From Promethearchaeota archaeon (GTDB taxonomy: Archaea; Asgardarchaeota; Lokiarchaeia; Sigyniarchaeales; SOKP01): a stretch of 32,000 bases of DNA. The first letter of the stretch is position 1; every line of letters begins with the position of its first letter. A program made the translations under genes and the position numbers. The notes beneath the pieces were generated by a model. That model was given only the letters and a program-made list of their open reading frames with translations, did no database searches and had not been told where the DNA came from. Location of the stretch: NCBI GenBank assembly GCA_030606485.1, contig JAUWGH010000002.1, positions 1 through 32,000 of the forward strand, written 5' to 3'. This document shows, one piece after another, positions 8,024 through 17,597 of this stretch.

Positions 8024-9106
8024 TTATCCTTTTAGCGACTTATATCCAAGGAATATAAATATTACGGAAAATATGGCAAAGTACATTCCTATATGCGGGA
8101 TAATCCAAGTACCACAATGTACAAATGCTTTTTCATCGGAGAAGAGAGAAATATATATTAATCCTCTAAAGATTGGGTATGAAAAATCAATTATACTTAT
8201 TATTATTAACAATACTCCCACAAACGTAAATCTTGTCAATTTTTCATAAGATTCGAGTTCAAATGAAGATAATAATGATATTGTCAAACCTATTATTAAT
8301 AATATTAAACTACTCATAAGAAATGAAGATTGATTAAGAAATAAAATTTGATAATAAGAAGTTTTTATATCTTGATTAACAAACGATATATGATAATCAA
8401 CTGTAGTTATTTCTCCAGGAGGGTAAATCCATCTGATATCGATCCAATAAAGCCATGGTAAAAAACAGGAAAATACTCCAAAGATTATGCCAAGGATGCT
8501 TAATTTTGAAAATCTGATATGTTTAGGGAAAGATGGTGAGACATTCTTTGAATCTAATTCATCTCTCATATATAAAGAAACAACTGTTTTAGCTAACTTC
8601 TCATTTTCTCCCTTTAACGATTTATTTCCAAGAAATAATAAAATTATGGAAATTATAGCAAAGACCAAACCAATATGCGGGAAAAGAATAATAATAAACC
8701 ATTTGAATAAAATTATATACATAAAAAAGATTATACTTAATATTATTACTAAAAGACCTCCTATAAATCCAATTTGTGTTAATTTTTCATAACCTTTAAT
8801 TTCGAACGAAAATATTAATGATATTATTAAACCGAGAATTAATAATATTAGAGGGCCTATTAAAAGCCAATTAATTCCTACTAATCCCCAAAATGAATTT
8901 TCTTTATTAACAAAAAAGATGTAATAGTAATTAGTAATTACAGTTCCAGGAGGATAATGCCATGAGTCCATCCTCAAATAAGCCCAAGGTAGAAAAAAAG
9001 AGAAAACTCCAAAAATTATTCCGAAGATACTTAATATTGAAAATTTGATACCCTTATGAGCAGTAAGTTTTGAATTTTTAAAATTGAAATTCTTGTCTAT
9101 CAACAT
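8024..9106 (-). CDS. Membrane protein made of two tandem homologous ~4-TM units
   Basis: FSILSIFGIIFGVFSFFLPW..YPPG..FVN vs FSKLSILGIIFGVFSCFLPW..YPPG..FVN; both units contain PHIG and end in LG(N/Y)KSLKG. Confidence 0.8.
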   Translation of the reverse strand: MLIDKNFNFKNSKLTAHKGIKFSILSIFGIIFGVFSFFLPWAYLRMDSWHYPPGTVITNYYYIFFVNKENSFWGLVGINWLLIGPLILLILGLIISLIFSFEIKGYEKLTQIGFIGGLLVIILSIIFFMYIILFKWFIIILFPHIGLVFAIISIILLFLGNKSLKGENEKLAKTVVSLYMRDELDSKNVSPSFPKHIRFSKLSILGIIFGVFSCFLPWLYWIDIRWIYPPGEITTVDYHISFVNQDIKTSYYQILFLNQSSFLMSSLILLIIGLTISLLSSFELESYEKLTRFTFVGVLLIIISIIDFSYPIFRGLIYISLFSDEKAFVHCGTWIIPHIGMYFAIFSVIFIFLGYKSLKG

Positions 9107-9285
9107 TTTAATGTTTAAAAAATAAGTATCTCAAATATAAAAAATTTCGGTTCAGTTCTCCATTGTAGAAAAAATCACGCCTAATACAAAATTTATAGGA
9201 AAATGGAATGGTTTTTAGTTTAAAATTAAATAATCTAATAATATTAACCATTAAAAAAACGTCAGAAAATAGTTTTGCAATTAAT

Positions 9286-10389
9286 TTAAAAGGGAAAATT
9301 ATAGTGCTTTATTCCTAATTCTTCTTGCATTATTTTTATATCTTGTTGGAGATCCTCATTAATCGGTATTCCTGTTTTACATCTTTCCATTTCTGCTTCA
9401 AATTCTTTTTCTCCAGCTGTATATATCCTATCACAACCTGGGGCTTTTTTAGAATTTCTTAAACCTTTCATAATGTTTCCAGTAATCTTTCTAAAAGTAT
9501 CCAATGGAATGAAATTTTTAATATTAATTGCTAAAAAGAAATGTCCAACTTTTAAATATTTTTTACCATTCTCCTTAATTCCAGCTGTATCTTTTAAATA
9601 AATGCCATCTTGTAATGCTGATGATAATATTTCTACTAATGTTGCATATCCATAACCTTTATGGCCGCCATTTTCTTCTCCCTTTTTGCCAAAAGATAAT
9701 AATGCTGCTGTATTATTACCTAAATTATTTAAAATTTTTGTTGGATCAACTTCGGATTCATCTTTATTATTTATGACTAATCCTTTAGGAAGTGTTTTCT
9801 TAAGGCGGTTGTATACTTCAACTTTACCTCTCTGGATTATTGAAGTTGCACAATCAATAAGAAATGGAAAATTTTCATCAGTTGGACAACCAGCTGTTAA
9901 AGGATTAGTCCCTAATATAGGTTCTACTCCAAAAGTTGGTGGTACAGATGGTCTTGTATTTGTAACAGCGATTCCAATCATGCCTTCTTTTATTGCCATT
10001 AATGAATAATAACCTGCGATTCCAAAATGAGTAGAATTTCTAACAGCCACTGCCCCGAGACCATATTTTTTAGCTTTCTCTATTGCTAATTTCATTGATT
10101 TATAAGCAATAATATGACCCATTCCAAGCCCTCCATCTATGACCGCTGTAGTAGGACCTTCTTTAATAATCTTGATTTCTGTTTTTGGATTATATATTCC
10201 CGCTTTAATTCGATCATAATACATTTTCATTCTTTGAATTCCATGGGATTCAACTCCTCTTATATCCGAAGTTATTAAAACATCTGCACAAACCTCTGCG
10301 TCTTCTTTAGGGACATCCAATCCAATAAAAACATCCTTCATAAAATTTTTAAGTGCCGTTGCATCAATATATACTATTTTATCAGACAT
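9286..10389 (-). CDS. Ldh_2 (malate/L-lactate/L-sulfolactate dehydrogenase-like) family oxidoreductase
   Basis: DIRGVESHG, VRNSTHFG, GTNP, GGHKGYG, GHFFLAI and RIYTAGEKE family motifs. Substrate cannot be assigned. Confidence 0.93.
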   Translation of the reverse strand: MSDKIVYIDATALKNFMKDVFIGLDVPKEDAEVCADVLITSDIRGVESHGIQRMKMYYDRIKAGIYNPKTEIKIIKEGPTTAVIDGGLGMGHIIAYKSMKLAIEKAKKYGLGAVAVRNSTHFGIAGYYSLMAIKEGMIGIAVTNTRPSVPPTFGVEPILGTNPLTAGCPTDENFPFLIDCATSIIQRGKVEVYNRLKKTLPKGLVINNKDESEVDPTKILNNLGNNTAALLSFGKKGEENGGHKGYGYATLVEILSSALQDGIYLKDTAGIKENGKKYLKVGHFFLAINIKNFIPLDTFRKITGNIMKGLRNSKKAPGCDRIYTAGEKEFEAEMERCKTGIPINEDLQQDIKIMQEELGIKHYNFPF

Positions 10390-10834
10390 TATTCCACTTC
10401 CATAAAATTTTAGTGCTATTTAGATTGAGTGATATTAAATCTCGAATTATTTTCCTTAAAAAGTCTTGATATTTTAAACTCTTATGAAACGATTAAATCA
10501 AGTATCTATTTTTTTATAAACCTTTATTTAATTAAATAAAAACTTAATTTAGTTTTTAATATTTAAACTTTATACGAATTATAAGATTATTATAAAAAGG
10601 ACTTTTTGTATCACTCTTTTTAAAGATAGTGATTAAATAAATAAAGGATTAGAATTTGTGTATAAATAGATTTCTTTAATTTATCATTTATTGAGGAAAT
10701 AAATAATAATATAATTTTATAAAGAATAAAGATTTTTATTTTTAAAAGTGGATTTTGGTATTTATTTTAATTATTGAAATATTTGGGAAATTATTTGTGA
10801 TGCCTGAATTATGTCGTTTGGGAGATATCTCTCT

Positions 10835-11015
10835 TGGAATCAGAGAAAAACATCTAATTTTTGAAAATGATTACTTTTTGTTGAAAAATGCATAATAAAC
10901 CGACTTTTATTTTAAGAATTTTTAAAGGATTCAATTATAATTATCAATTTTGAAAGCAGAAAAGATGAGATAAATTAGAGTATATAATTTAACAAGGAAG
11001 TTTATATAAATAATT
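10835..11015 (+). repeat. 181-bp direct repeat, copy 2 (pairs with 3044-3224)
   Basis: ~97% identical to copy 1; ends in AACAAGGAAGTTTATATAAAT, about 110 nt upstream of the nitroreductase gene. Confidence 0.95.
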
Positions 11016-11118
11016 CAATAATGATTAAAATATAATTCACTATTCATAATAACTAATTGTAAAAATCATAATTCATATGTAGCCTAAAAATAAATTATTT
11101 TAAGAATCATAAAAGAGA

Positions 11119-11658
11119 GTGAAAAATATAATGGATTTTTATGAAGTGATTAAAAAGAGAAGAAGTGCTAGGTCCTTTTCAGATAAGATTCCTCCTTTGG
11201 AGGTTGTTGAAAAAATAATTGGTACTGCCAGATTAGCTCCTACTTGGGCAAATATGCAGGGAGTGGAATATATTATTATTAGAGAACCTGGTATGGTAAA
11301 TCAAATTTGGCAAGCAATCGGTCAGGGAAATAAATTTAGTTCAGCACCTATTTTTATTGTGGGTATAATTTCTGAGAGAGGTTCTGGAAAAAATGCTAAG
11401 AGTGGGTTGCAATATTTTATGGTTGATTTTGGCATTTGTTTTGATCATTTAATATTGGCTGCTACTGCGGAAGGTTTAGCCACCTGTTGGATTGGATTTT
11501 TTGATGAAAAGAAGATTAAAGAGATTTTAGAAATTCCAAATAAATTTAGAGTTATAGGTATTACTCCATTGGGATATGCGAAAAAAGAGTATGAACCAAC
11601 TCCAAGGAAAAATCTTGAGAAAATTATGCATTATGAAAGATATAAAGGCAATAAATAA
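11119..11658 (+). CDS. Nitroreductase family flavoprotein
   Basis: IKKRRSARSF, ARLAPTWAN, LAATAEGLATCWIG, LGY motifs. The start may be the ATG at 11131. Confidence 0.9.
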   Translation: MKNIMDFYEVIKKRRSARSFSDKIPPLEVVEKIIGTARLAPTWANMQGVEYIIIREPGMVNQIWQAIGQGNKFSSAPIFIVGIISERGSGKNAKSGLQYFMVDFGICFDHLILAATAEGLATCWIGFFDEKKIKEILEIPNKFRVIGITPLGYAKKEYEPTPRKNLEKIMHYERYKGNK

Positions 11659-11732
11659 AGAAATGGAAGATATTTGAGTGAATATAAGTAGTTAGTTAAA
11701 TGAACAATAAATACGTTAAGAGAGAATTATAA

Positions 11733-13451
11733 ATGAAAGTTATTCGAGTAAATGTTTCAGATGGAAATATTGTCCATGAAGCAATTAATGTTGATTCTAA
11801 ATTTTATCGAGTTGGAGGTCGTGCATTAACATCCTTAGTTGTTTCTAAAGAAGTTCCACCAAAATGTGATCCCTTAGGAGAAAAGAATAAATTAATTATT
11901 TCAAATGGATTGATTACTGGGGGGTCAGCAGCTTGTTCTGCTAGGACATCTATTGGGGCGAAAAGTCCTTTAACTAAGGGCATAAAAGAAGCAAACACTG
12001 GTGGAAACTCAGCTATGATATTAGCAAGACAGGGTGTAAGAGCTCTGATTTTTGAAGGAATTTCAGATATTTTGAGAGTTTTGGTAATAAAGGATGGAAA
12101 CGCAGAGTTAATACCAGGTGATTTCTTAAAAGGTAAGGGAACTTATGAAACCGCTGAAATTTTAAAGGAAAAATATGAAGAAAAAATTGGAGTTTATTCG
12201 ATAGGACCTGCTGGCGAGTTTAAAATGAAAGCAGCTTCGATCTCATCAATAGATTTAGAAGGGTATCCTAGTCGTCATGCTGCGAGAGGAGGATTGGGTG
12301 CTGTTATGGGTTCAAAAGGAATTAAAGCGGTCATTTCTTTTCCAAGTAAAACAAGTGAAATTAAGTTTCATGATTTTGATGGATTTACCAAGGTCGCAAG
12401 ACCGTTTGCAAAAAATTTAGTCGAAACAAGGGAAAAATTTTCTACTTATGGAACTGCAATAATGATTGATTTAATGAATAGTTTAGGAGGTCTTCCTACT
12501 AAAAATTTTTCATCGGGAAGTTTTGATAAAATTCAAAATATAACGGGTCAAAAATTGATTGAACTCATCCAAGAGAGGGGAGGTAAAAATCGGCTTGCGT
12601 GTTCTCCAACCTGCGTAATAAGATGTTCAAATCTTTATAACGATAAAAATGGTAATCATATTACTTCCAGCTTTGAATATGAAACAATTGTAATGAATGG
12701 TTCTAATTTACTAATTGGAGATTTGGATGAATTAGCACAAATTGATCATCTCTGTGATGATGTTGGTGTTGATACAATTGAATTTGGGGCAACAATGGGA
12801 GTAGCAATGGAATCGGGAAAAATTAAATGGGGCGATGCTGAAGCAGTTAAATCCGTATTAAATGAAATACGAAATGGTTCAAAAACGGGATTTCTGTATG
12901 GGAATGGTGTTGTTCATGCAGGGACTATTTTAGGTGTGAAAAGAATTCCTCAAGTTAAGGGACAAGCAATCTCTGCATACGATCCAAGAGTTTTTAAAGC
13001 AATGGCAGTTACTTTCAGCACATCACCAATGGGAGCAGATCATACGGCTGGAGCTGCAATTTATGGAAGGAAAGCGAGAGCAGATAAAAATTATGGTGAA
13101 TTAATCGATCCTAATATGAAAATTGAGCTTTCTTATGAATTACAGATTTTTACTGCGGTTTTGGATGCCATAGGTTGTTGTTATTTTATTGGACCAAGTT
13201 GGGAGAATATGAGTTATGCTGCGAATTTATTAAATACTATGTACGGTTGGAATATGTCAGCTGATGATGTGATAGAATTTGGCAAAGAAATTATAAAAAG
13301 AGAATTAGAATTCAATAGGCAAGCAGGATTATCAGAGGATATGAATGATTTACCCGAATTTTTCCGAACCGAATCATCAGAACCTACAGGATTAACATTC
13401 AATATTAGAAAGGAAGATTTAGTTTCAATCTGGAAAAAATTAGAAGAATAA
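11733..13451 (+). CDS. aor: Aldehyde:ferredoxin oxidoreductase family (W-pterin, 4Fe-4S)
   Basis: AKSPLT, RGGLGAVMGSKGIKAV, CxxxCxxxC (CSPTCVIRC), EYET, DDVGVDTI, GADH and late Cys (IGCC). Confidence 0.92.
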   Translation: MKVIRVNVSDGNIVHEAINVDSKFYRVGGRALTSLVVSKEVPPKCDPLGEKNKLIISNGLITGGSAACSARTSIGAKSPLTKGIKEANTGGNSAMILARQGVRALIFEGISDILRVLVIKDGNAELIPGDFLKGKGTYETAEILKEKYEEKIGVYSIGPAGEFKMKAASISSIDLEGYPSRHAARGGLGAVMGSKGIKAVISFPSKTSEIKFHDFDGFTKVARPFAKNLVETREKFSTYGTAIMIDLMNSLGGLPTKNFSSGSFDKIQNITGQKLIELIQERGGKNRLACSPTCVIRCSNLYNDKNGNHITSSFEYETIVMNGSNLLIGDLDELAQIDHLCDDVGVDTIEFGATMGVAMESGKIKWGDAEAVKSVLNEIRNGSKTGFLYGNGVVHAGTILGVKRIPQVKGQAISAYDPRVFKAMAVTFSTSPMGADHTAGAAIYGRKARADKNYGELIDPNMKIELSYELQIFTAVLDAIGCCYFIGPSWENMSYAANLLNTMYGWNMSADDVIEFGKEIIKRELEFNRQAGLSEDMNDLPEFFRTESSEPTGLTFNIRKEDLVSIWKKLEE

Positions 13452-13514
13452 TTCCTTAGATATATTTCATTAATCCTTTTTTTTACTTGATTCCATTTTT
13501 AATTAAAATAATTA

Positions 13515-13883
13515 TTATAAGAGTGATCCACAATAAGGGCAATAATTAAAATTTTGATTTTTAAAATTTTTCCCACAACTGGGACAATCCATAAAGAAAC
13601 CCTTACCAAGTTGTTGCTCACGCTGTTTTCTATATTTTTTTCTCTTCCATATACTAATAGACATTAAGTAAAATTTTTCAGGATTAGAAAAATAAACAGT
13701 TATGCCCACAAGCCCCCATCCCGTGTAAAAAATCGAAGTGAGAAGAAAAAATGATGAAATGGAAGAAATTAAAATAAAACATAAGGTAATAATTCCAAAG
13801 GATAAAAGTATAAAATACAGTACCAAATAAACTCTTACATCATTTTTTTTAATAGGATATGACTTAACGGGAACTTTTATCAC
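13515..13883 (-). CDS. Two-TM protein with C-terminal zinc ribbon
   Basis: Two hydrophobic helices followed by CPSCG-x9-CPYCG. Confidence 0.7.
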   Translation of the reverse strand: MIKVPVKSYPIKKNDVRVYLVLYFILLSFGIITLCFILISSISSFFLLTSIFYTGWGLVGITVYFSNPEKFYLMSISIWKRKKYRKQREQQLGKGFFMDCPSCGKNFKNQNFNYCPYCGSLL

Positions 13884-14052
13884 ATTTAATTTATTATCTA
13901 TCTAAATACTCTTAATTAATGAATAATTTTTAAGATTTTTATATTTTTGTCTAAATTTTTTAAAATCGAACTATAATATCTAACAGGAACTACCCTTAAT
14001 ATTAAAAAGAAAAATTCAATCTCCGAGTGTAATAGAGTATGTGAATAATTTT

Positions 14053-14598
14053 TTAAATATATTTCATTAAGCCTTTTTTTCTCATGCTTGTTTCCGCTAT
14101 GAAATTACAAGAAAATCCTGCTATAATAATTAATATTGGAATAAATGTATAGATATTAAATTGTCCAATTAGCAAATCTAGTTTGAAGCAAATTGAAAGA
14201 ATTAAATATATCAAAAAAAGGATTACATATGCAATTTTTTCTTTTTTCTTTATTGATAATGTATAGTGCCACGTTAGAAATAATAAAACATTGGCAATAA
14301 TTGTTGGAATGTATTTTATGAAATATTCTTGATTATTTGTGAAAGGGAAAATTATTATGTTAAATATCATATCTACAGTGAAAGAAATCACACAAAAAAA
14401 AAGTCTATGATTTTTAATTAAATCGTAAGGAAATTTTAATGTTATAAAAGCAAGTAAAATAATTAGAAGCAGACCTATAATAAATAATGGGTTCGCTAAG
14501 TAAAATGAATCGATTATTAGAGTAAAAATAAATCCAATTAGAATTATTACCCATCCTAGAAATCGACAAATCGATTGTTTTTTACCGACTATTCCCAT
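14053..14598 (-). CDS. Hypothetical multi-pass membrane protein
   Basis: 181 aa with about six TM segments. Confidence 0.75.
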   Translation of the reverse strand: MGIVGKKQSICRFLGWVIILIGFIFTLIIDSFYLANPLFIIGLLLIILLAFITLKFPYDLIKNHRLFFCVISFTVDMIFNIIIFPFTNNQEYFIKYIPTIIANVLLFLTWHYTLSIKKKEKIAYVILFLIYLILSICFKLDLLIGQFNIYTFIPILIIIAGFSCNFIAETSMRKKGLMKYI

Positions 14599-14700
14599 AA
14601 TAATTCACTAAAATTATCTTATTTATTTTAATTTCTTATTAATCTTAGTTATTTCCAATTATTAGTAATATTTATATTATTCAATAATAAGTTCTTATTC

Positions 14701-15567
14701 ATGAGAATTGGAGCTCATATGTCTATAGCTGGCGGTATATTTAAGGCAATCGAGAGAGGGAACGAGATTGATTGCGAATCAATTCAAATTTTTACAAAAT
14801 CTAATCGCCAATGGGCTGCAAAACCATTAACGGATGATGATCTTAATACTTTCAAAGAAACCAGAAAAGAAATAAAAAGTATCTGGCCTATTTTTTCTCA
14901 TACATCATATTTAATTAATTTAGGGGCTCATAATCAGGAAACCTTACAGAAATCAATTGATTCAATGGAAATTGAGATTAATCGAGCCGAGTCATTAGGA
15001 TTAGAATATATTGTATTACATCCTGGGACTGCTACTGGTAAGGAAGATGGTGAGACTGAAGAGGATGCTCTTAAAAGAATTGCAAATAATCTAAATATCC
15101 TATTCAATAAAACCTCCGATTGTAAATCTATAGTTTGCTTAGAAACTATGGCAGGGCAAGGTAATAATGTTGGATATAAATTTGAGCATCTGAAATTTAT
15201 TATTGACCAAATTAAAGATAAAAATAGAATAGGTGTATGTTTTGATACCTGCCATGTATTTGCAGCTGGTTATGATTTTTTAACTGAAAAAAGTTATAAT
15301 AAAATGTGGGATGAGTTTGACAACATTATTGGATTAAAATATTTATTTATTTTTCATCTCAATGATTCCGAGAATGAGTTAGGTTCCAGGGTTGATCGAC
15401 ATACGCACATCGGACAAGGAAAAATTGGAAAAAAACCATTTAGGTTTTTCTTAAATGATGAGCTTTTTAACGAATATCCTGGTATTTTGGAAACCCCAAA
15501 AAGTTCAAAAGATACAGCTAATGATATTATGAATTTAAAAGTTTTAAGATCTTTAATCAGTAATTAA
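14701..15567 (+). CDS. nfo: Endonuclease IV (AP endonuclease 2)
   Basis: GAHMS, HTSYLINL, LHPG, LETMAGQG, CFDTCH, HLNDS, DRH and ETP metal-ligand motifs. Confidence 0.95.
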   Translation: MRIGAHMSIAGGIFKAIERGNEIDCESIQIFTKSNRQWAAKPLTDDDLNTFKETRKEIKSIWPIFSHTSYLINLGAHNQETLQKSIDSMEIEINRAESLGLEYIVLHPGTATGKEDGETEEDALKRIANNLNILFNKTSDCKSIVCLETMAGQGNNVGYKFEHLKFIIDQIKDKNRIGVCFDTCHVFAAGYDFLTEKSYNKMWDEFDNIIGLKYLFIFHLNDSENELGSRVDRHTHIGQGKIGKKPFRFFLNDELFNEYPGILETPKSSKDTANDIMNLKVLRSLISN

Positions 15568-15639
15568 GAAAAGGGAAAAATTAAAAAGATATCACTGCTA
15601 AATTTTTAATAATTAGCAATTAGAGCATCATCAGGGAGA

Positions 15640-16047
15640 ATGGCTAAATTGACGAAAAACAAGTTTAAAGAAGCTGAACTTTTACTGCGGATTTATGAGA
15701 TGTATTCTTCTGATACTATGGTTGACGCCTTTATTTGGTTCTATAAAGATTTCCAAGTAGAAGACTTAGAAGAATATAATAATTCTTATCCTCTTGGCAG
15801 TGACGGCAGAAAGTACTTCAACCGTATCGGCAATTTTTTCGACCTACTTGGTACATTCATAGAAAGAAAATATCTACCCAAGAATCTTATTATCGAATTT
15901 TGTCCAGATGATGTAGTGTCTTTCTGGAAAAAAGCAAAGGTACTTATCTTTCAAATGAGGAATAAATGGAATGATCCTACACTTTGGACTGGCTTAGAAA
16001 CCTTGAGTAGAGAAATCACAAATTGGCAAGAAAATCTGAAAAAATAA
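15640..16047 (+). CDS. Hypothetical helical protein, DUF4760-like
   Basis: NFFDLLG...FW...MR.KWNDP.LW..LE.L resembles DUF4760, from memory only. First cargo gene after nfo. Confidence 0.55.
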   Translation: MAKLTKNKFKEAELLLRIYEMYSSDTMVDAFIWFYKDFQVEDLEEYNNSYPLGSDGRKYFNRIGNFFDLLGTFIERKYLPKNLIIEFCPDDVVSFWKKAKVLIFQMRNKWNDPTLWTGLETLSREITNWQENLKK

Positions 16048-16592
16048 AAGAATAAGTGGATTAATTAAAAAAAATAAAAATTTTATGAGTTAAGGGATGA
16101 ATAAAGGCCTAGATGGCGAATATAGACCTCTAACCGAGAAGAGATTCTATTTATAATAGATTCTATTTGTAAGATTCTGAAAGTAAGGAATTTATACTCT
16201 ATTCTTACGTGTTTGCTCTATAACCTCTGAGTTATTGTGAATATATTTCTTCATAAAAACAAGCCCAAGCAGCCAAAAGAATCGAAAATTTTCTTAATTA
16301 TTTATTATAGATTTAAAACAATTCTAATTTTATTAATAGTGATTATTTCCAAAATTAAAAAAATCTCATAATTTACAAAATCCGTTATTAAATTTTTTTT
16401 TATGATAGGCTGGTTTTTAATTTGGGGTGGACTTTATAGCCTATACATATTGCTAGTATTGATTATCTTTTTATTATTATGGGCTTTTATTGAAGAGAAA
16501 TATATCTTGGAAAAAAAGTTTATCACCTTGCCTTTATACCCTTGTTTGGACAAATCACTTGCTGCTCCGATCGTCATTTCACTTTCTGCGAT

Positions 16593-16835
16593 TTATCCAT
16601 AAAAATAGTGTTTTATTTCTTCTTCTGGGATATATCTCAATGATTGTCTAAAAATTGCTCTTAATGTTCCCTTATCTAATTCTTTATGCAGAGGGATGGT
16701 TAATGTTTGTTTTGTTCCATCATCTAAAGTTCTTCTTAATTTTATGTGGCTTCCTCTCTGAGAAATTCCTTCAAAACCGAAATTAGAAAAGATTTTTACT
16801 ACGTCTTTTCCACTCAGGGTTTTAAGTTTTGGCAT
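16593..16835 (-). CDS. hicA: HicA-family toxin (mRNA interferase)
   Basis: LSGKDVVKIF..FGF..ISQRGSHIKL..LTIPLHKELDKGTLRAI. Confidence 0.9.
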   Translation of the reverse strand: MPKLKTLSGKDVVKIFSNFGFEGISQRGSHIKLRRTLDDGTKQTLTIPLHKELDKGTLRAIFRQSLRYIPEEEIKHYFYG

Positions 16836-17052
16836 AATAAGGTTCTAATTCAATGTTAATTAAAATAGAAAAGTCGGGAAAAATATCCCATTCCTCTAAA
16901 TTTTCTCCTTCTAAATGAAGGTGTATTGCCTCTTTAACGTTCTCTACCAATTCGTCTAAAGTTTTTCCTTGCGTAACTACTGGTAAATCAATGCATTCGG
17001 CAACATAGTACTTCTCCCCTTTATAAATCTTGACTTGTACGATTTTTTTCAT
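16822..17052 (-). CDS. hicB: HicB-family antitoxin (short, no C-terminal DNA-binding domain)
   Basis: YVAECIDLPVVTQGKTLDELVENVKEAIHLHLE. The ATG at 17052, with an upstream AGGAG, is preferred over the track's 17136; the gene overlaps the hicA start. Confidence 0.88.
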   Translation of the reverse strand: MKKIVQVKIYKGEKYYVAECIDLPVVTQGKTLDELVENVKEAIHLHLEGENLEEWDIFPDFSILINIELEPYYAKT

Positions 17053-17308
17053 GCTTTTAAAGTATCTATACTCCTTTTTATTTTTATGGATTAATATTAT
17101 TTGTTGAAGCTTGTAGTTCACGAGCGATAGTGGCAATAGATAATAATACAGAGGTTGATTCTTTTATCCAGCTCTGTTTTAAGCCGTTATATTTTTGTAT
17201 TCCTGCAGCAAATGCTGTGGATAAAAAAACCCCAAAAGAAAGAGGAGAAGAATGAAAAAATAAGAATATTTTCTAGTTGGGATAAAAATCATATCATCAT
17301 CAATCTAA

Positions 17309-17518
17309 TTACCAAACATATATAGCTATTATTTGCATAATTATCGCTTGCGAAAATGCTAAGATTAATAATTTAGCTTTCTCTACCCGTGGATAACCTT
17401 CCTTCAATAAGTATTCTATTACTGGGATTAATAAGATTGGTAGAATAAACATACATATACGAGCAGTTTCGCCTTTTTTTGGAGCTCCTGCTAAAAACAG
17501 AATTAAAAGGGCAACCCC
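17309..17518 (-). pseudogene. 5'-truncated membrane-protein gene fragment at the island edge
   Basis: Open frame GVALLILFLAGAPKKGETARICMFILPILLIPVIEYLL...QAIIMQIIAIYVW*, hydrophobic with no credible start; abuts the nfo 3' copy. Confidence 0.45.
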
Positions 17519-17588
17519 AAAAAATTCTAAAGATAAAACTAATGATGTGAAGAACTTGAAGATTTTAAGATCATTGATTATAAAATAA
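17511..17588 (+). pseudogene. Second, diverged copy of the nfo 3' end (25 codons plus stop)
   Basis: ATPKNSKDKTNDVKNLKILRSLIIK* vs nfo ETPKSSKDTANDIMNLKVLRSLISN* (15490-15567): 16/25 aa, 60/78 nt, ungapped, stops aligned, many synonymous differences. Confidence 0.82.
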
Positions 17589-17597
17589 AGATCTAAA

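Noticed and set aside
16142-16178. AGATTCTATTT x2 plus AGATTCT direct repeats as mini-CRISPR or iterons
   Set aside because: The units are only 7-11 bp with 3-5 nt gaps and irregular spacing; there are no cas or rep genes.
16402-16602. 66-aa hydrophobic ORF converging on hicA
   Set aside because: T-rich low-complexity frame overlapping the hicA stop, with no family signal. It cannot be told from a chance ORF.
16822-17136. ORF-track 104-aa version of HicB
   Set aside because: The HicB fold starts at the ATG at 17052, which has an upstream AGGAG; the extra 28 aa look non-homologous.
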